This document shows, piece after piece, positions 46,608 to 55,660 of a DNA stretch of 64,000 bases (position 1 is the stretch's first letter; every line of letters starts with the position of its first letter). The stretch lies in NCBI GenBank assembly GCA_017514025.1, contig JAFWLB010000002.1, positions 62,346-126,345 of the forward strand. The letters are read 5' to 3'. The notes below the pieces were generated by a model. It searched no databases. It was not told the origin of the DNA and saw only the letters and a list, made by a program, of their open reading frames with translations. The position numbers were made by a program, and so were the translations under genes. This DNA is from Candidatus Saccharimonadota bacterium (lineage in GTDB: Bacteria > Patescibacteriota > Saccharimonadia > Saccharimonadales > Saccharimonadaceae).

Positions 46608-46698
46608 AGTCTTATTGTAGCATACCGAAGCGACGAGGCGAAGTTGATTTTTGAGGAAAAAGTGATATAATTAGAGTACCGTTCGACGTGGGCGTACA

Positions 46699-47541
46699 TT
46701 GAAAATTAGAGCAAAATCTCCAAAAACGCAGAAGGTGGTGAGGAAATTGGAGAGGACGATTGAAGTTGTAAAAACAATGTTGGCGTTTGATATCGACCAT
46801 ACGCTAGGACCGTCCAAGGTGCCAATTCCCAAGGAAGTAGCGATGCTGTTGATGGAGTTGATGAAGAAGTTTGAGATTTGCGTGATTTCGGGAAGGAGTT
46901 TTGAGCAGTTTTTGGCTCAGGTAATCGGACAGCTGCCGATACCAGATGCGGAGTTGTTGAAGCATCTGCATTGTCTGCCGGCACAGGGGACACAGTACTA
47001 CCGGTTTACGGATGAAGAAGGCTGGGAAAAGGTTTATGCGTTTTATCTACGCGACGAAGAAGTAAAGAAAATTTTTGCAATAGTGAAGCAAGTAGCAAAG
47101 GAAATGGGATATTGGCGAAAGGAAAACCGGGAAAACGGCGATGTAATATTGGAAAATCGAAAGTCGCAGGTAACTTTCGCGGCGATAGACACCGGAGCTG
47201 ATATAGAAGTGAAGCGGGCTTTTGACCCGGACTGCTCCAAACGAGAAGCAATGATTGTGCGAATGCGAGAGCTGGCACCGGAATTTGAATACAAGTTAGG
47301 AGGAAATACTTCGATCGATATCACTCTGCCGGGCATGGATAAGAGTTTTGGGATGAAACGACTAATTGAAGAATTGGGAATTTCAAAATCCGAAATTCTT
47401 TATTTTGGAGACATGACCCAACCTGGAGGCAATGATTATCCTATCGTTCAGATGGGAATAGACACTGTCACAGTGGGCGAGTGGTACGATACGATTTTTG
47501 CGATGAAAGCGATGCTGGGAATGTTAGGGATGTTGGAGTAG
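46699..47541 (+). CDS. HAD-IIB family phosphatase / phosphomannomutase-like
   Basis: FDIDHT (DxDxT), ISG, 'SIDITLPGMDK', YFGD...GGND; start codon uncertain. Confidence 0.82.
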   Translation: MKIRAKSPKTQKVVRKLERTIEVVKTMLAFDIDHTLGPSKVPIPKEVAMLLMELMKKFEICVISGRSFEQFLAQVIGQLPIPDAELLKHLHCLPAQGTQYYRFTDEEGWEKVYAFYLRDEEVKKIFAIVKQVAKEMGYWRKENRENGDVILENRKSQVTFAAIDTGADIEVKRAFDPDCSKREAMIVRMRELAPEFEYKLGGNTSIDITLPGMDKSFGMKRLIEELGISKSEILYFGDMTQPGGNDYPIVQMGIDTVTVGEWYDTIFAMKAMLGMLGMLE

Positions 47542-47565
47542 GTTTTGCTCTGATTTAGTGTCCAT

Positions 47566-47595
47566 GGGGCTACTCGTTTGAGTAGCCCCAAAAAG
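47566..47595. terminator. Hairpin after the HAD gene
   Basis: GGGGCTACTC-gttt-GAGTAGCCCC followed by an A-run. Confidence 0.55.
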
Positions 47596-47612
47596 TTTGG
47601 TAAAATACGGGT

Positions 47613-48044
47613 ATGATTAGGATTATTGCCGGGGGAAAGAAAAATACGGGGGAATTTGCCTCCCTGATTGCTGAGTACGAAAAGCGGCTGAGGAAGCCGT
47701 TTGAAATCTCTTGGCAGTTTATGCCGGAGGAGAAGCTCTCGGCGTATTTGGCGGGCTGGCCGTTTACGGGTTCTGAATTTGTGATTTGCTGTGACGAGCG
47801 CGGAAAAAATATATCATCAGATGAATTTTCTGCCTGTTTGTCGGGGGCGTTTTTGGCGTCGCGAGAAGTGGTGATTTTAATTGGTGGGGCGTATGGGTTC
47901 TCTGATTTTGTGAGGTCTAAGGCGGATTTAGTGTGGAGCTTTTCGCGATTGGTATTCCCTCACCGGTTGTTTAGAGTAATGGTAGTGGAACAGATATACC
48001 GGGCACAAGAAATCATCAGGGGCGGCAAATATCATCACGAATAA
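47613..48044 (+). CDS. rlmH: 23S rRNA (pseudouridine1915-N3) methyltransferase
   Basis: EYEKRL, DERGK..SS.EF, IGGAYG, SFS.L.FPH.L.R..V.EQIYRA..I..G..YH. Confidence 0.95.
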   Translation: MIRIIAGGKKNTGEFASLIAEYEKRLRKPFEISWQFMPEEKLSAYLAGWPFTGSEFVICCDERGKNISSDEFSACLSGAFLASREVVILIGGAYGFSDFVRSKADLVWSFSRLVFPHRLFRVMVVEQIYRAQEIIRGGKYHHE

Positions 48045-48045
48045 T

Positions 48046-49125
48046 TTACCATTTAGTACGACGAAAGACAGTATATCTGCTGTCGTTGTTGAGAAGATTT
48101 TGGATGTTCCGGTGGCCAGATTTGGCGGCCATGGCAGTATAGTGTCCAAAACTTGCTTCAACGACTTTATGTGAGAAGCCATCGACATCCGCAAAGAGCA
48201 TTACGTGACCGCGTACTTTGGTGACAATAACGTCGCCAGGCTCGAGGTACTTATTGCCTAGAGTTTTGACTTTGTTTGTGATTTCTTGCCAATCAGATGA
48301 ATTTTTGAGATATTTGTATTGACAGTCGGTTTGACATTTTTTGTAGTTGGTATCCCATCCGCTGTGGCGTATGGTTGCTACGACAAAAACTCCGCAATCC
48401 CGATCGCCGCAACGACTCGAGTGAGCGTATTTAGCATAATCACCCCTGGCCTTAGTGTAAACGGTAGTTCTAGCATTCCCGTCGCCGCCCCAACAAGTTT
48501 TAGTGGCGCCTTTTTGCCTGGGGTCGTATGTCTTGGGCCAAGCGAAGGCTTTGACGGTTTCTTTTAGCTTTTTGACTCTTTTAGCTTTTTCGGCTTCAGC
48601 AGTAAGCTCGTTACTAGCTGGTGTTGTTTTGTTTTTGGTGCCACTAGAGGTAGAGGTAGTAGTTGACGTACTGTTGGAGGTGCGAGTTTGGCCACCTTGG
48701 TATTCTACGTTGCCGGGGTCAGTTGGTGCATCTGGGATAAGGAAGAATAGCGCGCTACCAAAACCGACAAAGGCTACTAGGCCTATAACAATTTCCGTCA
48801 TTCTGCGTTTAGCTTTACGAGTTTGCTCTTCGTTGCCACCGGCGGTAAGATATTGAATGCCTACGATAGTGATGCCTAATATAGCTAGTAAGCCAACTCC
48901 GATAGTCATAATTTCAATGATTGTTTTGAAGATGTGACTGATGGTGGCGCCGTTGTCGGTGCCGACTAGGCAACGTTCCCCGTTGGTGCCCCCTACGATC
49001 ATGCCGTCACCACCAAGAATAGCAGTAGGAACGGAACCTTCGGGGCACTCGGCAAAAACTGGTGCACTTATGATGATAGTACCGATAAAAATGAGCAGTA
49101 GGCTAAAGGCGATTTTTTTCATCAT
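48046..49125 (-). CDS. VirB2/TrbC-type pilin domain fused to an NlpC/P60- or CHAP-like amidase
   Basis: Signal peptide; 'IGVGLLAILGITIVGIQYLTAGGNEEQTRKAKRRMTEIVIGL' pilin hairpin; Ser/Thr linker; 'DCGVFV...PGDVIV...GHVML...VEAS'. Confidence 0.72.
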   Translation of the reverse strand: MMKKIAFSLLLIFIGTIIISAPVFAECPEGSVPTAILGGDGMIVGGTNGERCLVGTDNGATISHIFKTIIEIMTIGVGLLAILGITIVGIQYLTAGGNEEQTRKAKRRMTEIVIGLVAFVGFGSALFFLIPDAPTDPGNVEYQGGQTRTSNSTSTTTSTSSGTKNKTTPASNELTAEAEKAKRVKKLKETVKAFAWPKTYDPRQKGATKTCWGGDGNARTTVYTKARGDYAKYAHSSRCGDRDCGVFVVATIRHSGWDTNYKKCQTDCQYKYLKNSSDWQEITNKVKTLGNKYLEPGDVIVTKVRGHVMLFADVDGFSHKVVEASFGHYTAMAAKSGHRNIQNLLNNDSRYTVFRRTKW

Positions 49126-49191
49126 TATGATTTTAACATAATTTTTGAAAAATGTGGTAGAATGGTGATAAATTTAACAAATGGTGGAAAA

Positions 49192-49824
49192 ATGTACGAT
49201 AACAATGCTTTAAATAATGGTTTTGGGGGTCAAATGGTTGTGCCTAGTACCCCAGAAAAACCTCTTAGTTCTAAAGGTTTGATGATAGCGGTCGTTGTTT
49301 GTGTAATTTGCGCAGTCGTGGCAGTGGGATTAGGGGTATTTAATAGTATCAGGCTTGGTCAGATTGGTCAGAATCTGGATAAGATAAATGCGGATTTTTA
49401 TGGGAGTGATGACGTAAGTTTAGAAGGGGATGCGGATGGAAAATCATCTTGTGTTTTACCTGAAAACGCTGGCGATATTGATTACCTAATGATTGGCTAC
49501 AACGAGGGTGATAACCAGATGTTTGTAGACGCGGAGAATGAAATTAGTTATTACGCCTTTGGGATAAATGTAGATGGAGAAAAGTCTTCGACAGAGCAAA
49601 AGGTGCAGGCTGATACCTCGGCAATTATGCAGCAGGCGTTCGACGAAGGGCTTGAAAATTATTCTGAGCAAAGTGCTGATATCTACGATGAGAATGGCGA
49701 GCTGACTTGGAGCTATATAGTAGAATTAGGGACTAAGAGTGGTAATATTTGTCAGGCTAGAGGAGAGGGTACGCCGCCGATTTGGTTTAACAATTTGGTA
49801 GAGACGGTTAATAGCAAGAGATAA
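49192..49824 (+). CDS. Hypothetical TM-anchored acidic protein
   Basis: Single TM, acidic ectodomain; the upstream ATG at 49162 overlaps the -10 box, so 49192 is preferred. Confidence 0.7.
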   Translation: MYDNNALNNGFGGQMVVPSTPEKPLSSKGLMIAVVVCVICAVVAVGLGVFNSIRLGQIGQNLDKINADFYGSDDVSLEGDADGKSSCVLPENAGDIDYLMIGYNEGDNQMFVDAENEISYYAFGINVDGEKSSTEQKVQADTSAIMQQAFDEGLENYSEQSADIYDENGELTWSYIVELGTKSGNICQARGEGTPPIWFNNLVETVNSKR

Positions 49825-49849
49825 GTTAGTTTCATGATATAATTAGGGG

Positions 49850-50872
49850 GTGATAATTTTGGGGATTGAGACGAGTTGTGATGAGACAGCAGCGGCCGTG
49901 GTGCGCGACGGGCGAGAGATTTTGTCGAATGTAGTGGTTTCGCAGATTGATATTTTTGCGGAGTATGGGGGAGTAATACCAGAGGTGGCGGCGAGGTCGC
50001 ATCTTGAGGCGATGATGCCTGTGGTATCGAAAGCGCTTTCTGATGCTTCGTGTACGTGGGATGAGATTGATGCGATTGCGGTGACACATGCGCCGGGGCT
50101 TTTGGGATCGCTACTGATTGGGACGCTGACGGCCCGGACTTTGGCGATTTTGCATTCGAAGCCTCTGTATGCTGTGCATCATTTAAAGTCGCATGTGTAT
50201 GCGAATTGGCTAAGTGATGATGTCCCGTCATTTCCGTTGCTAGCACTGGTGATATCTGGGGGGCATACGCAGATTTTATGGATACAAAAGCACAATCAGT
50301 TTGAGATAATTGGGACGACGAGAGATGATGCAGTGGGAGAGTGTTTTGATAAAGTGGCGAAGATACTGGGGTTGCCGTACCCGGGTGGACCGTCGATTGC
50401 GAAGGCGGCTTTAAAGGGTGATTCTTCGAAATATAAATTGCCACATCCGAAAATTGACGGGCTGGATTTTTCGTTTTCGGGGCTAAAGACGGCGGTTTTA
50501 CGTACAGTGCAGAAGGAGGTGGGAGTGCCGATTTCATATCCGTCACATAAGTTGAAAGAATTATTGTCGGGGCAGCAGGTTTGTGATTTTGCGGCGTCGT
50601 TTCAGAAGACAGCGGTGGAGATTTTGTGCGAAAAGTTAGAGAAAGCGCTGGAGATGTATCCGGAGACACAGTCGGTGGTGGTAGCCGGAGGAGTGAGCGC
50701 AAATAGTGAGCTAAGAAAAGCATTGCCGGAGGCTTATTTCCCTGCTGCTTCCCTGTCGGGTGACAACGGGGCGATGGTGGCGGCAGCGGCGTATTTTGAA
50801 ATTATTTCGGGGGCGGAACCGGCAGATCCGTATGCTTTGAATATCTACCCGAGGATATCGATCGAAAAGTAA
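49850..50872 (+). CDS. tsaD: tRNA t6A synthesis protein TsaD
   Basis: LGIETSCDETAAA, GGVIPEVAARSH, HHLKSH, SGGHT, DDAVGE.FDK, FSFSGLKT, AGGVSAN, DNGAM. Confidence 0.98.
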   Translation: MIILGIETSCDETAAAVVRDGREILSNVVVSQIDIFAEYGGVIPEVAARSHLEAMMPVVSKALSDASCTWDEIDAIAVTHAPGLLGSLLIGTLTARTLAILHSKPLYAVHHLKSHVYANWLSDDVPSFPLLALVISGGHTQILWIQKHNQFEIIGTTRDDAVGECFDKVAKILGLPYPGGPSIAKAALKGDSSKYKLPHPKIDGLDFSFSGLKTAVLRTVQKEVGVPISYPSHKLKELLSGQQVCDFAASFQKTAVEILCEKLEKALEMYPETQSVVVAGGVSANSELRKALPEAYFPAASLSGDNGAMVAAAAYFEIISGAEPADPYALNIYPRISIEK

Positions 50873-51042
50873 AGCCCGCGATGCGGGCTGCCGAGAAAGG
50901 AAGGATGCATATCTACGATTTGCTGCGGGTAAACTATGATAACCGTAGAATTAGATGAACACAATCGTCTGCTATGCCTTGAAATGAGTGCGTGAAGCGC
51001 AGTGCCTCAACAGATACACATCCTTTGACTTTCTTGCAGCTG

Positions 51043-51366
51043 CTAGAGCAGGCGCATCGGGATTGGCTCGGGGTCATCGCAATAGTTGTCTATAGCTTTG
51101 CTATAGCAATTATCAAGGTGTTGACCGTCAGCCAGCATGTTGCTGAAGAACTCGTCGGCTTCGTCCCCGAACAGGCCGAAATAGGCCCGCGGGAAAGCAT
51201 CACACTTGTAGTAGGCGATGCGAGCACAATGCACGGCGTCGGGGAAGATTTTGTAGCGAATCTGGTATTCAGATTCGTCGTCGGAGGCTGCCTGATACAA
51301 ATAGATGCAGGACAAGGCGTTGACGACCGTTCCCCAATAATCCCGATAGTAGAATGTGTTTGGCAT
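51043..51366 (-). CDS. Hypothetical Tyr/Asp/Cys-rich protein
   Basis: 107-aa ORF with its own TGCTATAAT promoter and hairpin-containing leader; no recognised family. Confidence 0.55.
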   Translation of the reverse strand: MPNTFYYRDYWGTVVNALSCIYLYQAASDDESEYQIRYKIFPDAVHCARIAYYKCDAFPRAYFGLFGDEADEFFSNMLADGQHLDNCYSKAIDNYCDDPEPIPMRLL

Positions 51367-51503
51367 AGGATCACCAAACCTTTCTGGTCTTTTAAAGGAC
51401 CACTCTTGCTGGGGCGGATTCCCCAGGCAATGTAATGATTTAATTATAGCATAGTTTGGCTATTTTGTCTAGCTTGGCTGTGTTTAGATTTTGTGAGTTT
51501 AAG

Positions 51504-52463
51504 TTAGAAATTAGAGAAGTACTGCGACCAGTGGGTCTTATACTGAGTATCAGGGTCGAAATAAAATCCTACGGATAATTTCGTATAGTTTGGGTTTAAG
51601 ATGTTGGCGCGGTGGGCTTCGGAATTCATCCAGGCGGCGACGGTGGTTTCAGGTGAAACTGCGGAGCTACCGATGACTAGATTTTCGCCCTTAATATAAG
51701 AGCGGTTTTCGTCGGGGGCTGCGCAGGCAGTGTTCCAAGAGCTGCCATCTGGACGAGTATGGGAATAAAGTTGAACTAACTCTTTGGCGCGAGTTTCAGC
51801 GGCATCGGCACAAGTATCTCCCCAGGTTAATTTTTCTAGACCATTGCGGATACGCTCTTGATTAACGAGCGAAAGAACTTCGTATTCCCAACGGACTTTA
51901 GGGGCTTCAACTACAACTACGTTGATAGAATCTCGCCTGGTGCCATCGTAAGTACCGGCGGTAATAGTGGTGGTACCAGGATGAGAAATTATGGGGTACC
52001 GGCAAACGTCTGAGGAATAGCCAAGCCAGGTGCGAGCGCCAGAATAAAATCCCGAGATAACATTAGTATCGCTGGTTTGCCAATACATATCGCCTAGATC
52101 AGAAAGGCCACCACCGACGCAAATATCATAATCGGCAGTTTCATAAATAGTGATAGAATCTTCACTCCATAATTCACCATCTGGGACTGGGGCGGAGTCT
52201 ACGCCGGAAACGGTATGGACTGAAGTTTGGTAGTTTTTTTGAGCCTCGGTGAGCTGATCACTGGCATCGCCTTCGGCGTCAATAAGTTCGGGAGCTTGAA
52301 CTGCGCCACCATTATCGTCACTACGCTCATCTACTACCCTAAAATTTAACCCTCCGTTGAGCATTATTGCACCAGCTATTAGCACTCCGGCTAGCAAAAT
52401 AGCTGCCGCATTAAACGATAGAAGTATGGTTATTCTGGTTTGTTTGAGGGCCGCAGCTGCCAT
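51504..52463 (-). CDS. TM-anchored Ig-like plus CAP (SCP) domain protein
   Basis: 'VLSLVNQER..NGL', 'SHTRPDG', 'GENL', 'WMNSEAHRANIL', 'WSQYF'. Confidence 0.88.
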   Translation of the reverse strand: MAAAALKQTRITILLSFNAAAILLAGVLIAGAIMLNGGLNFRVVDERSDDNGGAVQAPELIDAEGDASDQLTEAQKNYQTSVHTVSGVDSAPVPDGELWSEDSITIYETADYDICVGGGLSDLGDMYWQTSDTNVISGFYSGARTWLGYSSDVCRYPIISHPGTTTITAGTYDGTRRDSINVVVVEAPKVRWEYEVLSLVNQERIRNGLEKLTWGDTCADAAETRAKELVQLYSHTRPDGSSWNTACAAPDENRSYIKGENLVIGSSAVSPETTVAAWMNSEAHRANILNPNYTKLSVGFYFDPDTQYKTHWSQYFSNF

Positions 52464-52466
52464 TAA

Positions 52467-53795
52467 TTAAACCTTGTGACTTTCCTCGACGATGGCTGAC
52501 ACCATATTGACAACGGCTTCAACCTTGACGAATTCTTTTCTTGGGAAGGCTTTGCCGTTGGTCCTTTTGCCAAATACAAGCCTGCCTATTTCTTTACCTT
52601 TACTATCCCTGAGAGTTGCAACCTCGGAGACACAGAAGCCATTTTTTAAAATCTTTTCAGGAGACTTAACCCAAATGAGGCCGTCGGTGGGTTTCAAACG
52701 TAAAATTTCTTCGGCTTCATCTGCTGGGAAACGCATATTGTTAGTAACATAAGTATGCTTAGCCAAAATTAAAGCACAATCCTCATAATGTAAAGTTTCA
52801 GCGAGAAATTGGACTAATTCTTTGGGGTTGAAATCTTTCGACTGAATATTGTCTAGTTTTTTAATAATATAACCAAGCTGGATATGGTCGGACAGGAAGC
52901 TGGCTTTCATAAAATTGGTTAATTCTGAGAGAGCAGGCATCATGGCAAGCAGAAAAATCGCCAGGACGCCGTTTAGAATCAGTACCTCTACGGATGGATT
53001 AGGCGTCCTAAACAGGGCGGCAAAGACGACGTAAAAGACGAGTAGATAGATAATCACGGCAGTGGCGGTGAGGATAACATAGGACATAAGATTCACCCAT
53101 CTGGTGGAGATATTTAGGGTACGGAATTTGACGACAGAATAGTAGAAAGACATGATAGAAATGATGGTAGCCATAGGGCCGATCCAGATAAGGTTTGGCA
53201 GAGAGGTGATTAAGATTAAATCGAAAACTAAGGCCAAAATCCCACCAATAGAGAGCCCCACATAAAAGACTTTGAGACCAGTTTTGAGGCTAGGGTTAGT
53301 GGTCTCTTTGATACGTTTTAAAAGAAAACTGGAAAAAGTAATTGAGATTAGGAAGAAATAGGCAATCAAAGCGAAATAATACCAACCGTAATTAATAAAA
53401 ATCTGAACATATTCTTGGGACAAGTCATAAGAACTATAAAACAGAGAGGAGTCGTAGGCGAGCAAGCCAACGAGCAGAGCGCCAAAAAGCGTAAAAATAA
53501 ATGTTAGAGGTTTGCCACCTTTATATTTCCAGCTGAGGAAGGCTAAAAGTCCTACATCGCAAAGTGTAACGCCGGCAATGATGCATGTTACGGTGCTATG
53601 AACAAATTCAGGGGAGGCACCGGGCATTTTTAAAGCAATGGCAATAGCGATAGTCCAGAGAGCGGCGCCGAGAGTAGCTAGCAGAAAATAGATTGAGCTT
53701 CTTTTTTCTTGCTTTCGACTGCCAAAGAAAATGGAGATACCGGACAATATAACCACAACGATGGCCGCTATTAATAATACACGAATAAGTTGCAT
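52467..53795 (-). CDS. 7TM sensor-like membrane protein (HisKA_7TM-like) with cytoplasmic GAF-like region and no kinase domain
   Basis: Repeated TM helices with '..YF...L...LW...' and 'G..YY....YF' patterns; C-terminal 'G.LVFGKR.NGKAF...E'. Confidence 0.6.
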   Translation of the reverse strand: MQLIRVLLIAAIVVVILSGISIFFGSRKQEKRSSIYFLLATLGAALWTIAIAIALKMPGASPEFVHSTVTCIIAGVTLCDVGLLAFLSWKYKGGKPLTFIFTLFGALLVGLLAYDSSLFYSSYDLSQEYVQIFINYGWYYFALIAYFFLISITFSSFLLKRIKETTNPSLKTGLKVFYVGLSIGGILALVFDLILITSLPNLIWIGPMATIISIMSFYYSVVKFRTLNISTRWVNLMSYVILTATAVIIYLLVFYVVFAALFRTPNPSVEVLILNGVLAIFLLAMMPALSELTNFMKASFLSDHIQLGYIIKKLDNIQSKDFNPKELVQFLAETLHYEDCALILAKHTYVTNNMRFPADEAEEILRLKPTDGLIWVKSPEKILKNGFCVSEVATLRDSKGKEIGRLVFGKRTNGKAFPRKEFVKVEAVVNMVSAIVEESHKV

Positions 53796-53844
53796 AGGCC
53801 TCCTTCAATTACTTGTTTCGATTATAGCATAGACGGAAAAAAAT

Positions 53845-53871
53845 ACCACCCGATAATTCGGGTGGTATAGG
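53845..53871. terminator. Intrinsic terminator of the AMP-ligase gene
   Basis: ATACCACCCG-ataatt-CGGGTGGTAT with an A-run on the plus strand (U-tail on minus). Confidence 0.75.
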
Positions 53872-53887
53872 GAAGCTGATTTTTCTT

Positions 53888-55534
53888 TTAGATCGTCTCG
53901 AGTAATTTGTAATTTACTTTTCCGCTGCTCATCATAGGAATTTGATCAACAAAGATGATTTGACTCGGCATCTGATAGTCGATCAGAAATTCTGATAAAT
54001 CTTTGCGGAGTTTGTCTTCGCCGAAATCCTCGGCCGAGAAATCGGGCTCTAAAGCTACGAAAGCTTTGGCGCCCGCTTCGTCTGGCGTGACGATGACGGC
54101 ATTTTGGTAGACATAATCTAGCTTAGAGATGGCTTCTTCGATGGTTTCGCAGTTGACCTTCTCAAAGACTCCATTGGCGATAAAGAAACGACGCTCCCTG
54201 CCGACGAAGCTAACGTAACCGTTTTCGCATAGCTTGAGGAGATCTCCGGTTTTGAAGAAGATTTTACCATCTCTGCTTACAAAATGCTTTTTGGTGAGCT
54301 CCTCGTCGCCAAAGTAACCCTGACAGAGTGAGGCGGCGGAGACAATAGCTTCACCGGTCTCGCCATACTTGACTTCACTATCGTTTTCGTCAACCAATAA
54401 CCACTCTGGGCCGATGTAAAACTTACCAGCGGTGCCAGGGATGTGAGGGATGTGGTCGTTGAAAGTACCCACACACAGAGCTTCGGAGATACCGTAGTTG
54501 TTGCGGATTTCCGCTTGGCAACCACGCTCTCTGAAGTACTGGATGCCCTCCTCGTAATCTCTCTCGTGGAGTGCGGCACCAGCACAGAAAAAAGCGACCA
54601 GCATAGAGATGTCAGCGTCTTGCGGGGTCAAATCCATGAATTGCCTCAAAGTCAAAGGTGAACCATAGATATAGCTTGGCTTCAGCTTGTAGTAGTTTGC
54701 GACATCCTCGGGCGAAGAACCGGCCAAGACAACAGGATTACCCCCCATGATGTTGACAAACAGAGGCATCCAACCATAGCCGTGGTAATACGATGCTTGG
54801 CAGAGAGCCTTTTTGACGTGCTGATCTCTAGTGTCAGTGCCAGTAGAGTTGGCAGCGTAGATCAATGAAGCAAAGATGGCGCGATTAGAGAAAGGTAACG
54901 TCTTGGGCTTGGAGGACGAGCCGGAAGTTTTTAAGTACAACATGGGTTCGTCATCTTGAGAGACGCTATGTTTCTCTATTTCTCTCATGATTTCATCTGG
55001 TGAAATCGAGATAGAGTCTATCGCGCTCCTAAAGCCAAGATGTGACTGGGTGGTCGGCCTAGCTACTAACCAGGCTTTAGCGTACTTGACGTAAAACCGC
55101 CTCTCGTCTACAGAGTCGAACGAATCATCATAGAACAAAATCATTTCCGGATGATGTGCGTCCAATTCTTCGTAGAACAAGTCCAGCTCTTCTCTTATGA
55201 TGGGCTTGATGACGATTACTCTGGCACCGATAGCATTGGCGCCGAAAGTCGCGACTATTCCCTCATAGGAGTTAGGTGAGGTGATCATGACTTTGTCCCC
55301 AGATTTAAACCCATTCTCCAGGAGCCAGCCGGCAAATTTGACAATGTCACTACTTAGCATTTGCTTAGTGTAGACTTTGCCATCTGTCTCGATTGCGGGC
55401 TCTTCGAGATGCCCACTATTGACTTGTGTGAACGTAGCAAACATGGATACTGGTAGTATCTCTGGATGGAGCTTGGCTTCAGGAATACCCTGAAGATGTG
55501 TCTTGTCTATCGACGGAAAACCTGTTTTGGCCAT
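53888..55534 (-). CDS. ANL-superfamily adenylate-forming enzyme (acyl-CoA ligase-like)
   Basis: YLKTSGSSSKPK (A3), NYGISE (A5), FKTGDL (A7), GR (A8), SSGKV (A10). Confidence 0.88.
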   Translation of the reverse strand: MAKTGFPSIDKTHLQGIPEAKLHPEILPVSMFATFTQVNSGHLEEPAIETDGKVYTKQMLSSDIVKFAGWLLENGFKSGDKVMITSPNSYEGIVATFGANAIGARVIVIKPIIREELDLFYEELDAHHPEMILFYDDSFDSVDERRFYVKYAKAWLVARPTTQSHLGFRSAIDSISISPDEIMREIEKHSVSQDDEPMLYLKTSGSSSKPKTLPFSNRAIFASLIYAANSTGTDTRDQHVKKALCQASYYHGYGWMPLFVNIMGGNPVVLAGSSPEDVANYYKLKPSYIYGSPLTLRQFMDLTPQDADISMLVAFFCAGAALHERDYEEGIQYFRERGCQAEIRNNYGISEALCVGTFNDHIPHIPGTAGKFYIGPEWLLVDENDSEVKYGETGEAIVSAASLCQGYFGDEELTKKHFVSRDGKIFFKTGDLLKLCENGYVSFVGRERRFFIANGVFEKVNCETIEEAISKLDYVYQNAVIVTPDEAGAKAFVALEPDFSAEDFGEDKLRKDLSEFLIDYQMPSQIIFVDQIPMMSSGKVNYKLLETI

Positions 55535-55660
55535 TTAAGGCACCCCCTTTTCTAACGAAAAATCAGCTTATTAACGTACAATCTCCTTCCCTTATATGAG
55601 ATCTTATTTTTGATTATACTAGAAAATAGGGCATTTTTCAAGTTATGGAGACTGGCTAGC

